Notes: generated by a model not told the origin, from the sequence alone. A stretch of DNA of 64,000 nucleotides from Candidatus Iainarchaeum sp. (GCA_018304425.1 JAGVWE010000006.1:3175-67174), one strand, 5' to 3'; shown: positions 8,435 through 18,338, numbered from the stretch's first letter. Translations and numbers: made by a program.

Positions 8435-9534
8435 AAGTCCTGCACGCCGTGCACCACTTCGCTCCCTGCGTGGGCGGCCTGGAACGCGTGGCCCTGGACA
8501 GTTGCCTGGCCTTGAAGGCCCGCGGCCATGACTGCAGGGTCGTGTGCCTCGACAAGTGCTCGAAAGCCGAAACCCGGTTGCCGGCCAGGGAAACCGTGCA
8601 AGGCATTGAAGTCCAGCGCGTGCCCTTTTTCGACTTGAACTATTACAAGGTCGCGCCCCGCATCCTCGAAGCCGCGGAAGGCGTTGACTTGATTCACGTG
8701 CACGGCATTGGCTTCTTCTCGGACTGGTTCCTGTTGACCAAGTTCCTGCACCGCAAGCCGGTGGTTGTTTCCACGCATGGAGGCGTCTTCCACACCCGGA
8801 ACCTGGGCCTTGCCAAGGGACTCTACTTCCAGGTCGTGCAACGGCTGCTGCTGGGCCTCGCGGACGCCGTGCTCGCGGTGAGCAAAAACGACCTGGCCTT
8901 GTTCCAAGGCATTTGCCCGAAAACCGTGTTGCTGGAGAACGCGATTGACGCCGACAAGTTTTCGAAGGTCATTCCCGGCGCGAAGACCAATTGGCTGTTC
9001 GTGGGCCGGTTGGCGGGCAACAAGCGGTTGGACCGGCTCATTGAAACGGTCTGGCACCTGAAGAACGACGTGCCCGGCCTCAAATTGTTCCTCGTGGGAG
9101 ACGACTTCGGCGGCTTGACGCCGAGACTCCAGGCCCTGGCCCGGCAACTGAGCGTGCAGCGGAACGTGGAATTCTGCGGCCCGGCCTCCGACCGGGAATT
9201 GAAGGCGTATTTCGCGAAATGCGGGTTGTTCGTCTCCGCGTCCGAGTACGAGGGCTTTGGGTTGAGCGTGCTGGAAGCCATGTCCGCCGGCCTGGTTCCA
9301 GCCGTGCAAAAAAACGAGGCCTTCCGGCACGTGGTCCGGCACGGGGAAAACGGTTTCCTCTTGGACTACTCGAAGCCGGAACTCGCGGCCGAGGAACTCC
9401 ACGAAATCCTGAAGCTTCCCGCCAAGAAGCTCGCGGAAACCGGGAAGGCCGCGCGCGCCGCCGCACAGGGCTTTGACTGGGGCCAGCGCGTGAAGGAACT
9501 CGAAGCCGTGTACCAGCAAGCGGTAAAACGTTAA
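8431..9534 (+). CDS. GT4 glycosyltransferase
   Basis: GGLER, STHGGVFH, FVGRLAGNK, YEGFGLSVLEAMSAG (EX7E). ATGA overlap with the previous gene. Confidence 0.93.
   Translation: MKVLHAVHHFAPCVGGLERVALDSCLALKARGHDCRVVCLDKCSKAETRLPARETVQGIEVQRVPFFDLNYYKVAPRILEAAEGVDLIHVHGIGFFSDWFLLTKFLHRKPVVVSTHGGVFHTRNLGLAKGLYFQVVQRLLLGLADAVLAVSKNDLALFQGICPKTVLLENAIDADKFSKVIPGAKTNWLFVGRLAGNKRLDRLIETVWHLKNDVPGLKLFLVGDDFGGLTPRLQALARQLSVQRNVEFCGPASDRELKAYFAKCGLFVSASEYEGFGLSVLEAMSAGLVPAVQKNEAFRHVVRHGENGFLLDYSKPELAAEELHEILKLPAKKLAETGKAARAAAQGFDWGQRVKELEAVYQQAVKR
9472..9534 (+). repeat. left copy of a diverged direct repeat (3' end of the GT4 gene)
   Basis: TTTGACTGGGGCCAGCGCGTGAAGGAACT matches 19621-19649 at 28/29 nt. 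Confidence 0.85.
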
Positions 9535-9560
9535 AGGGTTTCGGTGTGAAAGGGGATGGC

Positions 9561-10286
9561 ATGAAAGGAAAAGCCTGCTTCATTTTGCCGACCTACAATG
9601 AACGGGAAAACGTTGGCAGCGTGGTGCGCGGCGTTTTCGGGGAATGCAAGGCATTGGGCGTCGAGGCCACTGTGCTGGTCGTGGACGACCACAGCCCGGA
9701 CGGCACGGCGGTTGAAGTCGTGAAGCTCCAGCGTTCGTTTCCCCAACTGAAGCTCCTGCAGCGGCCGGCCAAGGAAGGGCTGGGCAAAGCCTATGTTGCC
9801 GGCTTCAAATGGGCATTGGCGAACACGGACTGCGACGTGTTGTTCGAGATGGACGCGGACGGCTCGCACCACGCCGCTTACCTCAAGGACTTCTTCGCGA
9901 AACTGGCGGAAGGCAACGACGTCGTGGTGGGTTCGAGGTACATGCCGGGGGGAAGGCACGAGCAGAGCCCCCTGCACCGCACGCTCATCAGTTACGGCGC
10001 GAATTATCTCATCAAGGCTTTGCTGGCCCTGCCGCTGACGGACGTAACTTCAGGGTACCGCGCCATCCGCCGGGGCGCGCTGGAAAAGCTGGACTTGAAT
10101 GCGTTCAGGTCAAATGGGTATGAGTTCCAACTCGAGCTGCTGCACAAGCTCCATCATTCGGGCGCGCGCATCGGGAAAACCCCGATTGTGTTCACGCCGC
10201 GCGCCAGGGGAAGGTCGAAGATGACGTTCGGGGACATGGCCTCGTTTCTTTGGCTGGCCCTTCGGTTGTGGTTGAACCGCAACTGA
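9561..10286 (+). CDS. polyprenol-phosphate mannose synthase-like GT2 (DPM1 type)
   Basis: LPTYNEREN, VDDHSPDGT, GLGKAYVAGF, EMDADGSH, VGSRY, DVTSGYR, FQLE. Confidence 0.92.
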   Translation: MKGKACFILPTYNERENVGSVVRGVFGECKALGVEATVLVVDDHSPDGTAVEVVKLQRSFPQLKLLQRPAKEGLGKAYVAGFKWALANTDCDVLFEMDADGSHHAAYLKDFFAKLAEGNDVVVGSRYMPGGRHEQSPLHRTLISYGANYLIKALLALPLTDVTSGYRAIRRGALEKLDLNAFRSNGYEFQLELLHKLHHSGARIGKTPIVFTPRARGRSKMTFGDMASFLWLALRLWLNRN

Positions 10287-11426
10287 CTACTCCTTGGCGG
10301 CAGAAAGCACCGATGCCGCACGCAGGAACTTGGGAAGCACGGCCTCAAGCGCCTTCACCTCACGCCCAGGGAGGGCATCGGAAACAAACAGGCATTCCTC
10401 TTTCACGTCAAATGGATTGTAGCCGTGCATGCCTTTCACCGGCCCGTGGTCGAAGAAGTTGGGGGACAGCACGCGGCCCGGCGAGACGCAGAAGAACTCG
10501 TGGCCGGCCTCGGGCACGCGGTCGAGTTGGAGCGCATTTTTTTCGCGGGTGGACAGGAAGCGACCTCCCTCGACGCCGTTGAAAGCCTCGAAAAGGGCGT
10601 TCCGCTGCGCCTCATCGTTTACCCAAAACCGGGCCATGGTGGAGTCGAGGAAATGCTTGACGCCGTGTAGGCGTTGGAGCGGCTCCCCAATATCGGTTGG
10701 ACCGGTTACCGGGACCATGCCGTGGTCCGACCAGAGGAGGAAGGGCGCGCCTTCTTTTTGCGCGCGGGAAACCAGGCGTTCAATGAGGGCGTCCTGCGCG
10801 CGAAGGGTGGAAGCGAGGGCATCGGGGTCGGGGCCGAGGGCGTGGCCGGAGTGGTCCAGGTCCCAGAAGTGGAAGAAGTAAACATCCTTGTCCAGGGAGA
10901 GGAGCCGTTCGGCGGTGCGGGCGCGTGCGGCGTCGGTGGTGGCCGAGAATTCGAGGGAAACGCCCTGCTCGGTGCCGATGACCGGCCAGTTGTGGCAGAC
11001 GAAGGAGGTGCCTTGGACACGCAGGGAGTCGAAAACGGTGGGCACGGGGAGCGAGCCTGGCTCGGAAATGAATCTTTCCTGGCTGAGCGAGAAGCCGCGC
11101 GCTTTGTTGAGGCCGATGAAGGGCACGACGTTGGTGTGGCCTGCGTAGAAACGCTGGAGGCTGAAGTAGTAGGCGTCAAGCGGCCGCGGCAGGAAGGCGG
11201 AGACGATGCCGCGTATTTTTTCCGGGCCGTTGGCGTAGACGTTGAGTTGGCGGTGCTCGGCAAGCGTCTTACCCGAGTAAAAAGTGGCTGGCACGTTGGC
11301 GTAACCGAAGGGCTTGGGGACCGAGCCCAGGCCGTGCCCGTCGAGGAGGGATTGAAGGAACGGCATGCGCTGCCGCGAAAGGTAGGAAGCGTCAAGGGCA
11401 TCCATCCAGAGGATGAGGGCTTTCAT
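10287..11426 (-). CDS. alkaline phosphatase superfamily (nucleotide pyrophosphatase/phosphodiesterase-like) protein
   Basis: Metal-binding motifs WMDALD, DLDHSGHALGP, SDHGM and GMHGY. Also FLDSTMARFW. Confidence 0.85.
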   Translation of the reverse strand: MKALILWMDALDASYLSRQRMPFLQSLLDGHGLGSVPKPFGYANVPATFYSGKTLAEHRQLNVYANGPEKIRGIVSAFLPRPLDAYYFSLQRFYAGHTNVVPFIGLNKARGFSLSQERFISEPGSLPVPTVFDSLRVQGTSFVCHNWPVIGTEQGVSLEFSATTDAARARTAERLLSLDKDVYFFHFWDLDHSGHALGPDPDALASTLRAQDALIERLVSRAQKEGAPFLLWSDHGMVPVTGPTDIGEPLQRLHGVKHFLDSTMARFWVNDEAQRNALFEAFNGVEGGRFLSTREKNALQLDRVPEAGHEFFCVSPGRVLSPNFFDHGPVKGMHGYNPFDVKEECLFVSDALPGREVKALEAVLPKFLRAASVLSAAKE

Positions 11427-12283
11427 GGGCGTTTCCTCCCAATTACGTAGAAGTGGTGGCTAAGCAGGTATTTGAGGGCGCGTGGCAGGGCCGCTTCAAA
11501 GGCCAAAAGCTGGTCCATGGGATGCCGGCGGGCAAGCAACGCCTCGTTGCCGGCGGGAAGCGCGTCCCACACCCAGGCCTTGGCCTGCTGCCGGCCGAAA
11601 AGGAACTTTATTTTCCCGCGGGTGTGCATGTCGAAGGTATCAAACCAGGGGCAGGTGTCAAAGAAACCGGAGTCAACGATTTCAAGGCCCGCCTGCTTGA
11701 AAGCACGCAGGAGGCCACCAGGCCGCATCCATTCAAAGTAGCCGTGATCCCATGCCTGGCCGTTGGCGGCGTGATAGAACCGGTGGATGAAGTAGCCGAT
11801 ATTCCAGGCATTCTGGTTGGCGACCAACACGTATTTTCGGGAAACACGCGCCATTTCGGTAAGGAGATCCGGGGCGTTGTGAAAGTGTTCGAACAGGCAG
11901 TAATTGAAAACCAGGTCAAACGAGTGGTCTTCGTAGGGAAGGTGGGTGAGGGGCGGCTGCAGGGCATCGAATTTTGCCTTTCTTTTGAGGCCCAGCTTGT
12001 TCCAGAACCTGGCGCTATAGTCCAGGAGTTTTCGGCTGGGGCTTGCCACGGTTACGTTGGCGCCATTGCGTGCAAACAAAACGCCGCTGGCGCCTGAAAC
12101 CCCCATGAGGCCGTCGGCTGGGGCCTCCAGAACGTTGTCAACGTCGTTGGCAATGGTTTTCCACAGGATGCGGTTGAAGGAAAGCCGCTCAAAGGCGATG
12201 CCAATGCCTTCGTCGAAGTCCTGGGGCAGGCTGGGCAGGTTACGGTCCAGGAAACCCTGCAGGAGTTTTTCGTCCCGATTCAT
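11423..12283 (-). CDS. class I SAM-dependent methyltransferase-like protein
   Basis: LPYEDHSFDLVF, LFEHF, EMARVSRKYV. Motif I is atypical (VLEAPADG). ATG 12283 overlaps the upstream stop. Confidence 0.8.
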   Translation of the reverse strand: MNRDEKLLQGFLDRNLPSLPQDFDEGIGIAFERLSFNRILWKTIANDVDNVLEAPADGLMGVSGASGVLFARNGANVTVASPSRKLLDYSARFWNKLGLKRKAKFDALQPPLTHLPYEDHSFDLVFNYCLFEHFHNAPDLLTEMARVSRKYVLVANQNAWNIGYFIHRFYHAANGQAWDHGYFEWMRPGGLLRAFKQAGLEIVDSGFFDTCPWFDTFDMHTRGKIKFLFGRQQAKAWVWDALPAGNEALLARRHPMDQLLAFEAALPRALKYLLSHHFYVIGRKRP

Positions 12284-13287
12284 AAGAGGTCTCTCTCCAT
12301 ATCCCATCGGACGGTGTCATTTAGGGCCTGCTGGAAGGGTATAACGGGTTTATAGCCCAGGAGGCGCTCGGCTTTGGAGGAAGAGTAAACATGGGGGGTA
12401 GTAAAATAGCGCACCGTGTTCACGCCCATGCGGGGAAACCCGGGCAACAGTCGGGCGATAAAGCTCATGGGATACGCGAGGAGGTAGGCGACGAATACAG
12501 GCAGGAAAAGGAGCCTGGCTTTTTTGCCAAGGGCTACTGCAATGGCTTGGAGGTAGGACCGCAACGCGGGTTTTTCCTGGCCTGAAAGGATGAACGTCTG
12601 GTTGCACGCGGCGCGGTTGCCTGGAACGCTGGCCATGCCCCTGACGAGGTCGCGGACGTCAACCAAGTCGAATTTGTTTTTGCCGTTGCCGAAGACCACG
12701 AAGCCCCCCCGGCTAAGGGCCTTGAAAATATTTTTCCGGTTGGAGGAGTCGCGGGGGCCACACACAATGGAGGGACGGAGAATGCAATAACGCGTCTTCG
12801 TCGGCGCGCAAAGGGCTTTCACGAGTTTTTCGGCCTCGGCTTTGGTGCGCGCATACTTGGTTTCCGGTTGGTAGGGCGCGCGTTCGTCAAGCCCGTTGGC
12901 GGGCGTTGGGCCAAGGACGTCAACGGTGCTGCAGAAGACAAACAATTCGACCCCTGCCTTGATGGAGGCCAGTGAGAGGTTGCGCGTTCCCTCGACATTG
13001 GCTTGCCAGAATGCCTGCTCCGGGTAACGCCCTTCGTCGGACAAGGCCGCCAGGTGGAAGACTACTTGACAGCCGGCCACCAGCAGGGCCAGTGCATTCG
13101 CATCATCCAAGTCGCCGGCCACGGTTTGCACGCCGAGGGCTTCCAGGGCCTGCAAGCGGCTGGATGGCCTGGCGAGGCAAACCACGTCATGGCCGCGGCT
13201 ACGCAGTTCTTCGACCAGGTAACCGCCAATGAAGCCAGTTCCACCAGTTACTGCGACTTTCACGCCATCACGCAGTCCTTTAGCCAT
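12280..13287 (-). CDS. NAD-dependent epimerase/dehydratase (3-beta-HSD-like extended SDR)
   Basis: VAVTGGTGFIGG, FHLAA, NVEGT, YARTK, LRPSIVCGP. Start reassigned to ATG 13287. Confidence 0.9.
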   Translation of the reverse strand: MAKGLRDGVKVAVTGGTGFIGGYLVEELRSRGHDVVCLARPSSRLQALEALGVQTVAGDLDDANALALLVAGCQVVFHLAALSDEGRYPEQAFWQANVEGTRNLSLASIKAGVELFVFCSTVDVLGPTPANGLDERAPYQPETKYARTKAEAEKLVKALCAPTKTRYCILRPSIVCGPRDSSNRKNIFKALSRGGFVVFGNGKNKFDLVDVRDLVRGMASVPGNRAACNQTFILSGQEKPALRSYLQAIAVALGKKARLLFLPVFVAYLLAYPMSFIARLLPGFPRMGVNTVRYFTTPHVYSSSKAERLLGYKPVIPFQQALNDTVRWDMERDLL

Positions 13288-13298
13288 CGAAACCCTTT

Positions 13299-14609
13299 TT
13301 AGACGAGTTTTTGGAAGAAGTAAAGCACGTAGGCATCGCAGAAGGCCTTGTCGGCTTCCAGCCAGTCTTCCCTGGCAGAGCCGTGGCCCGCGGGCAGGGG
13401 GCATACTTGGCTTATTTTTTTGCGGGCGAGGGAAAGCTGCCGGAGGTCAAGCCCGCCCTCGGCTTGGATGCAGGAAAGGAGGAGGGGTAGGGCCGAAAAC
13501 AACACAAGGTCAGGGGTCGCCGAATTCAGGAGCACACGCGGATGGAACACGCCATGGAACCGGAGGAGGCGCAGGAAGAACAGGCAATTCAGGTAGAAAC
13601 GCGCGAATGGCAGCAGCAGGCTGGCGGGCAGGGTGAAACCCAGACGATGGCGACAGGCAGCGGAAAGGTACGGTTCAAAGTAGGGGGCCTGAACGCGGCG
13701 GGCAATCGCATCCGATAGTTGTTCAGGCGAGGACATCGAGAGGCCCAGCCACTGGTTGGTGAAGCAAAGCGTTGCCTGCAGAATGCAGTCGCGGGCCTCG
13801 AAGAAGAAGGCTGGAGCGTCGAGTTTTTGCGTGAAGTCCGTGTTGTCCTTGAAGGCAACCACCTGGTTCACGCGTTTTGGCAGGTCAGGAAGCTTTTTGG
13901 CGAGTCCGGGAAATTCTTTGGCATAAGATGCGGCAAATGCCTTGGCGCGTGCGGCATGGGTGGACGCGTACGCGCCCTTCAGGAGCAGGAGGGCTTCCGA
14001 AGCCCCCAGAAAGGCCTTGGAACCCAGCAACAGCAGGCCACGTTTCTCGTTGGGGGTGGGGGGCCTCTCAAAGAATTCAATGGAAAAGTATTCGGCAAGC
14101 ATGGCCATGCGGTTGAGCAACAAGCGGAAGCCTTCGGCAAGCGGGAGGGCCCGCGCGGAAAAAGAGGGCAAGTGGTCGAGGAGGTTCACGCCCGCAATGA
14201 CCGTCGAGGCCTCTCTGAGGTCGTAGTACCTGACAAGGGGCAGCACACGCGGGAGGTCGGCTTCGGAGAGGGTTTTCACGTCCAGGTAAAACGTGTTCGC
14301 GTATTTTTCGCGGTCGAAGAAATAGAAGGGCACTCCGTGACTGGGCAGGCCGAGTTCGCTGACGAGCGCATTGGCGATGTGGTTGAGCTCGGGTTCGCTG
14401 ACGCGCGCGTTCGTCACCACGTACAAGTCGAAGTCGTTGAGGGGAAGGATTTTTCCGTTTTCGCGCGTCCAACCGCCTTCGCCGCGGCCGTAGCCCCCCG
14501 CAAGAATGACTGAAACCGCGCCAGGCACGCGTTGAAGGAGCCCTTTTCCGACTGCCTGAACCAGTCGCGCGATTTCCTTGTCGGCTTGGGGGTCTTTCAC
14601 GAACGGCAT
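13299..14609 (-). CDS. Pol-beta-fold nucleotidyltransferase-like protein
   Basis: ILAGGYGRGEGG...LNDFDLYVV (hG[GS]...DxD motif) followed by a helical domain. Confidence 0.72.
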   Translation of the reverse strand: MPFVKDPQADKEIARLVQAVGKGLLQRVPGAVSVILAGGYGRGEGGWTRENGKILPLNDFDLYVVTNARVSEPELNHIANALVSELGLPSHGVPFYFFDREKYANTFYLDVKTLSEADLPRVLPLVRYYDLREASTVIAGVNLLDHLPSFSARALPLAEGFRLLLNRMAMLAEYFSIEFFERPPTPNEKRGLLLLGSKAFLGASEALLLLKGAYASTHAARAKAFAASYAKEFPGLAKKLPDLPKRVNQVVAFKDNTDFTQKLDAPAFFFEARDCILQATLCFTNQWLGLSMSSPEQLSDAIARRVQAPYFEPYLSAACRHRLGFTLPASLLLPFARFYLNCLFFLRLLRFHGVFHPRVLLNSATPDLVLFSALPLLLSCIQAEGGLDLRQLSLARKKISQVCPLPAGHGSAREDWLEADKAFCDAYVLYFFQKLV

Positions 14610-14610
14610 G

Positions 14611-15390
14611 CTATCCCTTTTCGGCGAAAACGTAGATGTGGTGTGCGGCAACCGATTTTATGCTGCCCGGCAACCAGGGGTTCTTCTCGACGAACCAGAG
14701 ACGCTCGAAGGTCTTCAGCCATTCGGCGTAGGATTTCGTGGCTGATGAGATGGGCTTGTCCTTGGGGGCGAGGCCGAACTCGCGCTTGGCTTCCTCAAGG
14801 GAAAAGCCGATGTCCGGGATGAGGGGCAGATCGACATAGCCTTGTTCCAGGATGCGGAGGCCGGCCTGGCGGACGAGTCGAGTGACGCCGGCCACGGTTC
14901 GAAGCCTTGCGGAGCCCCGTTCCGCATGCGTGCAAGCCGCCTGGGAAAAGCGATGGTAGAACCAGTGGATGAAGGTGCCGGGGTTCCAGTAGTTGGGAAC
15001 GCAGACGAGGACGTAGCGCTTGGAATGCGCCACCATCTCTTTCACGATGCCGGGCCGCATCTGGGCGAGCGCGAACGACCAGACGAAATCGTATGTGCCT
15101 GGCTTGTCGGTGAACGCGGGCCTTTTCGGCGCTTGCCACTCCTTGGCATAACGCTTGGCCTCGGCATCGTAAAGGGTCACGTCGCATTTGCCAAGCACGG
15201 GGAGGTTATCGTATCCTTTCGTTATTTCGCAGCCATACTCGCAGACTGACTTGAAACCGTATTTGGCGCGCAGGCGGTCGAGCAGTTCGACGACCATGTA
15301 CCGCTCGTAGAGCGTGCCCACTCCTTCGTGGGCGAGGTTCTCGCAAATCCATTTCCGGGCTGCTTCCAATTCCAGTGCATCCACCTTCAA
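14611..15390 (-). CDS. methyltransferase-like protein, paralog of 11423..12283
   Basis: TTG 15390 overlaps the upstream TGA. VCEYGC, YDFVWSF, SKRYVLVCVPNYWN and AGLRILEQGYVD align with the 11423 protein. Confidence 0.72.
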   Translation of the reverse strand: MKVDALELEAARKWICENLAHEGVGTLYERYMVVELLDRLRAKYGFKSVCEYGCEITKGYDNLPVLGKCDVTLYDAEAKRYAKEWQAPKRPAFTDKPGTYDFVWSFALAQMRPGIVKEMVAHSKRYVLVCVPNYWNPGTFIHWFYHRFSQAACTHAERGSARLRTVAGVTRLVRQAGLRILEQGYVDLPLIPDIGFSLEEAKREFGLAPKDKPISSATKSYAEWLKTFERLWFVEKNPWLPGSIKSVAAHHIYVFAEKG

Positions 15391-16469
15391 CCAATAACGA
15401 CTTCGGCGGCCACGCTGGCCAGGGTCTTCAAATCGCAGAGCATCGTGGTGTACGCGGCGTTGGCGAGCGGGCAAAAGCATTCCTTGTCCTTGATGCTCTT
15501 GCGGAGCTTGTCTGCCACGGCGTTGAACCAGATGCGTGGAAAATCGTATCCGTGGTCGCGGAGGTTTCCCATGGACTGGGCCCTGACGCAGCAGGTCCAG
15601 ACGTCGCCCTTCCAGTTGATTTGAGCGGAGGCAACCCCCGCCATGCAGGGAATGGCCTGGGTGCGCTTGCGGAGCACTTCCTTGACCATGGCGTAATAGC
15701 GCTTGCGGAAGGCCTGGGTGACCTTTGAGGTCGCCTTGAAGCTTCGGTCGGCGAGCCGGTCCAGCAAGTGGTCGATGGCCGCAGCATATTCCTCTGCGGA
15801 GGGCGTGAGGCCGAAGCCGACCGTGCCGAGTTCGGGGCGTTCCTCCGCGATTTCCGTGATGTAGGAATCCGGTTCGAGGGCCAGCAAGCCGTCACATATC
15901 CTTGGGAATTCCTTGACGTTGTGCTTGGAGATGACCGTGTGGATGCCGATTTCGAGGTTCTTGAATTCCTTTTTGAGTTCCTTGAGGCCGGCCAGGGTTT
16001 CCATGGACTTCTCCCAGTTCCCGGGCACGCCGCGGATGCGGTCGTGCTGCTCGCGCAAGCCATCCAGGGAGAGGTTGATGATTATTTTGGGGTCCGGGCA
16101 GGATTCCAGGATTTTCCGCGTCTTTTCGAGGATGGCCTTGGAGAGGATGCCATTGGTGGGGATGTTGATGATGCCGGGCCGGCAGTGCCTGCACACGCTC
16201 TGGCACATTTCGGGGAGGTCCTTGCGCATGAAGGGCTCCCCGCCGCTCATGGTGACCCAGAACAGGTTGTCGCCAATGGATTGAAAGGTTTTGTCCCATT
16301 CCTCCAGGGAGAGGTCCTGGGTGCCCTTGTTCTTCCAGATGTTGCAGGTCAAACACTTCGAGTTGCAGTAGCCCAGCGTGCTCACGGTCAGGTTAAGGGG
16401 CAGGGTCCTGGGCCAGCCAAGGGCGTGAAAGGCTTTCAAAGCCGGAATCCGCGAAACAGGTTCCTTCAT
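15387..16469 (-). CDS. radical SAM enzyme with SPASM/twitch domain
   Basis: CNSKCLTC, SGGEPFMR, LSLDG...HDRIRG, CMAG...GDVWTCC...MGNL, CFCP. Confidence 0.9.
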   Translation of the reverse strand: MKEPVSRIPALKAFHALGWPRTLPLNLTVSTLGYCNSKCLTCNIWKNKGTQDLSLEEWDKTFQSIGDNLFWVTMSGGEPFMRKDLPEMCQSVCRHCRPGIINIPTNGILSKAILEKTRKILESCPDPKIIINLSLDGLREQHDRIRGVPGNWEKSMETLAGLKELKKEFKNLEIGIHTVISKHNVKEFPRICDGLLALEPDSYITEIAEERPELGTVGFGLTPSAEEYAAAIDHLLDRLADRSFKATSKVTQAFRKRYYAMVKEVLRKRTQAIPCMAGVASAQINWKGDVWTCCVRAQSMGNLRDHGYDFPRIWFNAVADKLRKSIKDKECFCPLANAAYTTMLCDLKTLASVAAEVVIG

Positions 16470-17344
16470 GGAAGTTCCTTGGTAGATTGTAGGGCTTGCC
16501 AATTAAAAGGGTTTTTATGGCCCAAACAAAGGCGTATGCGTGCAAGCAAGCGGGTGAGACCCTCCAAAAAAGCGCACCCCAAGAGCAAGGGGGCTTCCAA
16601 GGGTCTTTCGGCCAGCAAACCATGGACGGCCTGGAAAAGGGGCGCAAAGCGGGTGGTGGAAGGCTGGTATCCGCGCCTGGCCAGCCAGTAGTGGCCCAAA
16701 TGAATGCGAACGCGTTGAGCCAAAATCTCCGATAACGTGTCCGGCCCCTTGTTCCGGACAATGGCTTGCGGGGCATAGGCGACCTTCAAGCCCCTGGCCT
16801 GGAAAAAGGACTCCAGCCAGGCCTCGTCCACCGCCGTATCCGGGGGAAGCTGCTTGACTTGGTTTCGGAAGCAAATCAGTTCCCCTGCCTTGGGCTGCAG
16901 CAGGGAAACCCGGTGATGCATTTCCCACAGGAACCAGGCAAAGTAACCTGAAAGCGTCCGGCGGGGGTTGACCGGAACCGGATGCGCTCCCACCAGGCCC
17001 ACGGCCGGGTTCGCCAGGCAGTCCAGCATCCCGGCAATCGCTCCCGGTTCAAGGAGGAGGTCGGCGCCTGCCAGGCAAACGATGTCGCCGGCACACCGGG
17101 AGAGGCCGAGGTTGACCGCACTGGCTTTTCCGAGTTTCTCCGGCTGGACCACCAACCCGATTTTTGGGTTGGCGGCTTGCGCACGCCGGACTTCCTGCAC
17201 GGTGTTGTCCGTGCAGCCGCTGGCCACGACCACGATTTCTTTCAAGGCATGCGGGCCCAGCCGCTGGGCCGCCACGCTCGCAAGCAGTCGGTAAATGTTC
17301 TTGCCCTCATTGTAGGCGGGAACAACAATGGAGAGGGTAGTCAT
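16466..17344 (-). CDS. GT2 glycosyltransferase
   Basis: SIVVPAYNE, VASGCTDNT, GKASAVN, GADL, VDEAW, QRVRI. Confidence 0.9.
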   Translation of the reverse strand: MTTLSIVVPAYNEGKNIYRLLASVAAQRLGPHALKEIVVVASGCTDNTVQEVRRAQAANPKIGLVVQPEKLGKASAVNLGLSRCAGDIVCLAGADLLLEPGAIAGMLDCLANPAVGLVGAHPVPVNPRRTLSGYFAWFLWEMHHRVSLLQPKAGELICFRNQVKQLPPDTAVDEAWLESFFQARGLKVAYAPQAIVRNKGPDTLSEILAQRVRIHLGHYWLARRGYQPSTTRFAPLFQAVHGLLAERPLEAPLLLGCAFLEGLTRLLARIRLCLGHKNPFNWQALQSTKELP

Positions 17345-17371
17345 AGGTTCATCCCAGTAAGCATAAAAAAA

Positions 17372-18286
17372 CTAATACGGCCACTGCAAGTCATCCGACG
17401 ATATGACCCGGTAAAACCCGCTTTCCTCGGGCAACTGCCTGGGCCCCGTCCAGGCGTCCAAGAGGCTGCCGAACTGGCGCTGGGGGTAGAGCGGGCACAA
17501 CATCGTTTCGGGCAGGCTGGCCGCAATGCGGTCGGCATTGGGTTTGTCGAACACCACCTGCGCGCCCTCCCCCTTTGAACAGTAACTGAAGCCGTGACCG
17601 GGATACTGGCAACGCGCGCCCTCGCCCAGCCTTGGCACGCAGTCGCTGTCCGCGTAGCAGAGGAGCCGGGACTCGATGCGGAACAGGAAGGCCTGCCGGT
17701 CGTCCACGCACCAGCTGGTTACCTCCACGTCATGGGCCTTCATCTGCAGGGTGTAACCCTTGCCCTTCACGAGGTAGGGCACGAGACCACTCAGCTTGCC
17801 GGCTCCCACAAAGCCCTTGCCTGGGATTGCTTCCGCCATCAAGTCCCCGACTTCGTCGAAGAGCCTTGCCTCCAGCCGCTGGGGTTGCGGGACATACCGT
17901 GCCACGTCGTCCTTGATTCCGGGCCTGAGCTTTACGTGGAGGTCGCCGAGCCACCCGCTTTTCACGGCATTGAAGTTCACGGAATAGCCTTCAACGGGAA
18001 AGGACGCGGTGGTGCAGGCCTCTTCATACCGTTTCTCCATGCGGTAAGCCATGGGGGAAAGATCCAGGGGAACGGGCGCGCAACTACCCACCGCCAAACC
18101 GGACGAGGAACGCGCTGCGGGCAGGGTGGGCGGCAGGAAAAACAGGGAGAGCACGACGTATTCCAGCAGAAGCCCCGGCAACACGTATCCTAAGACCATC
18201 TTCTTCGCGCCTGCCTGGTTGCGCCCCCACCGGAAAACCGCATACGAGGCCGCGACAAAAAAAATGACTTCCAGGAGGATCATCAA
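17372..18286 (-). CDS. membrane-anchored Cys-rich extracellular protein (paralog family member 1)
   Basis: Two N-terminal hydrophobic segments. ARLFDE, YTLQ and CQYPG..SYCSK align with the 24038 and 26540 proteins. Confidence 0.75.
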   Translation of the reverse strand: MMILLEVIFFVAASYAVFRWGRNQAGAKKMVLGYVLPGLLLEYVVLSLFFLPPTLPAARSSSGLAVGSCAPVPLDLSPMAYRMEKRYEEACTTASFPVEGYSVNFNAVKSGWLGDLHVKLRPGIKDDVARYVPQPQRLEARLFDEVGDLMAEAIPGKGFVGAGKLSGLVPYLVKGKGYTLQMKAHDVEVTSWCVDDRQAFLFRIESRLLCYADSDCVPRLGEGARCQYPGHGFSYCSKGEGAQVVFDKPNADRIAASLPETMLCPLYPQRQFGSLLDAWTGPRQLPEESGFYRVISSDDLQWPY

Positions 18287-18297
18287 CGAAACCTAGC

Positions 18298-18316
18298 ATT
18301 AAAAACATTTAAATTA
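18298..18316. promoter_or_regulatory. bidirectional TATA region between divergent genes
   Basis: ATTAAAAACATTTAAATTA in a 52-nt gap, about 25-28 nt from both start codons. Confidence 0.55.
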
Positions 18317-18338
18317 TGTTTCAGGGCCTCGGTTCTTC

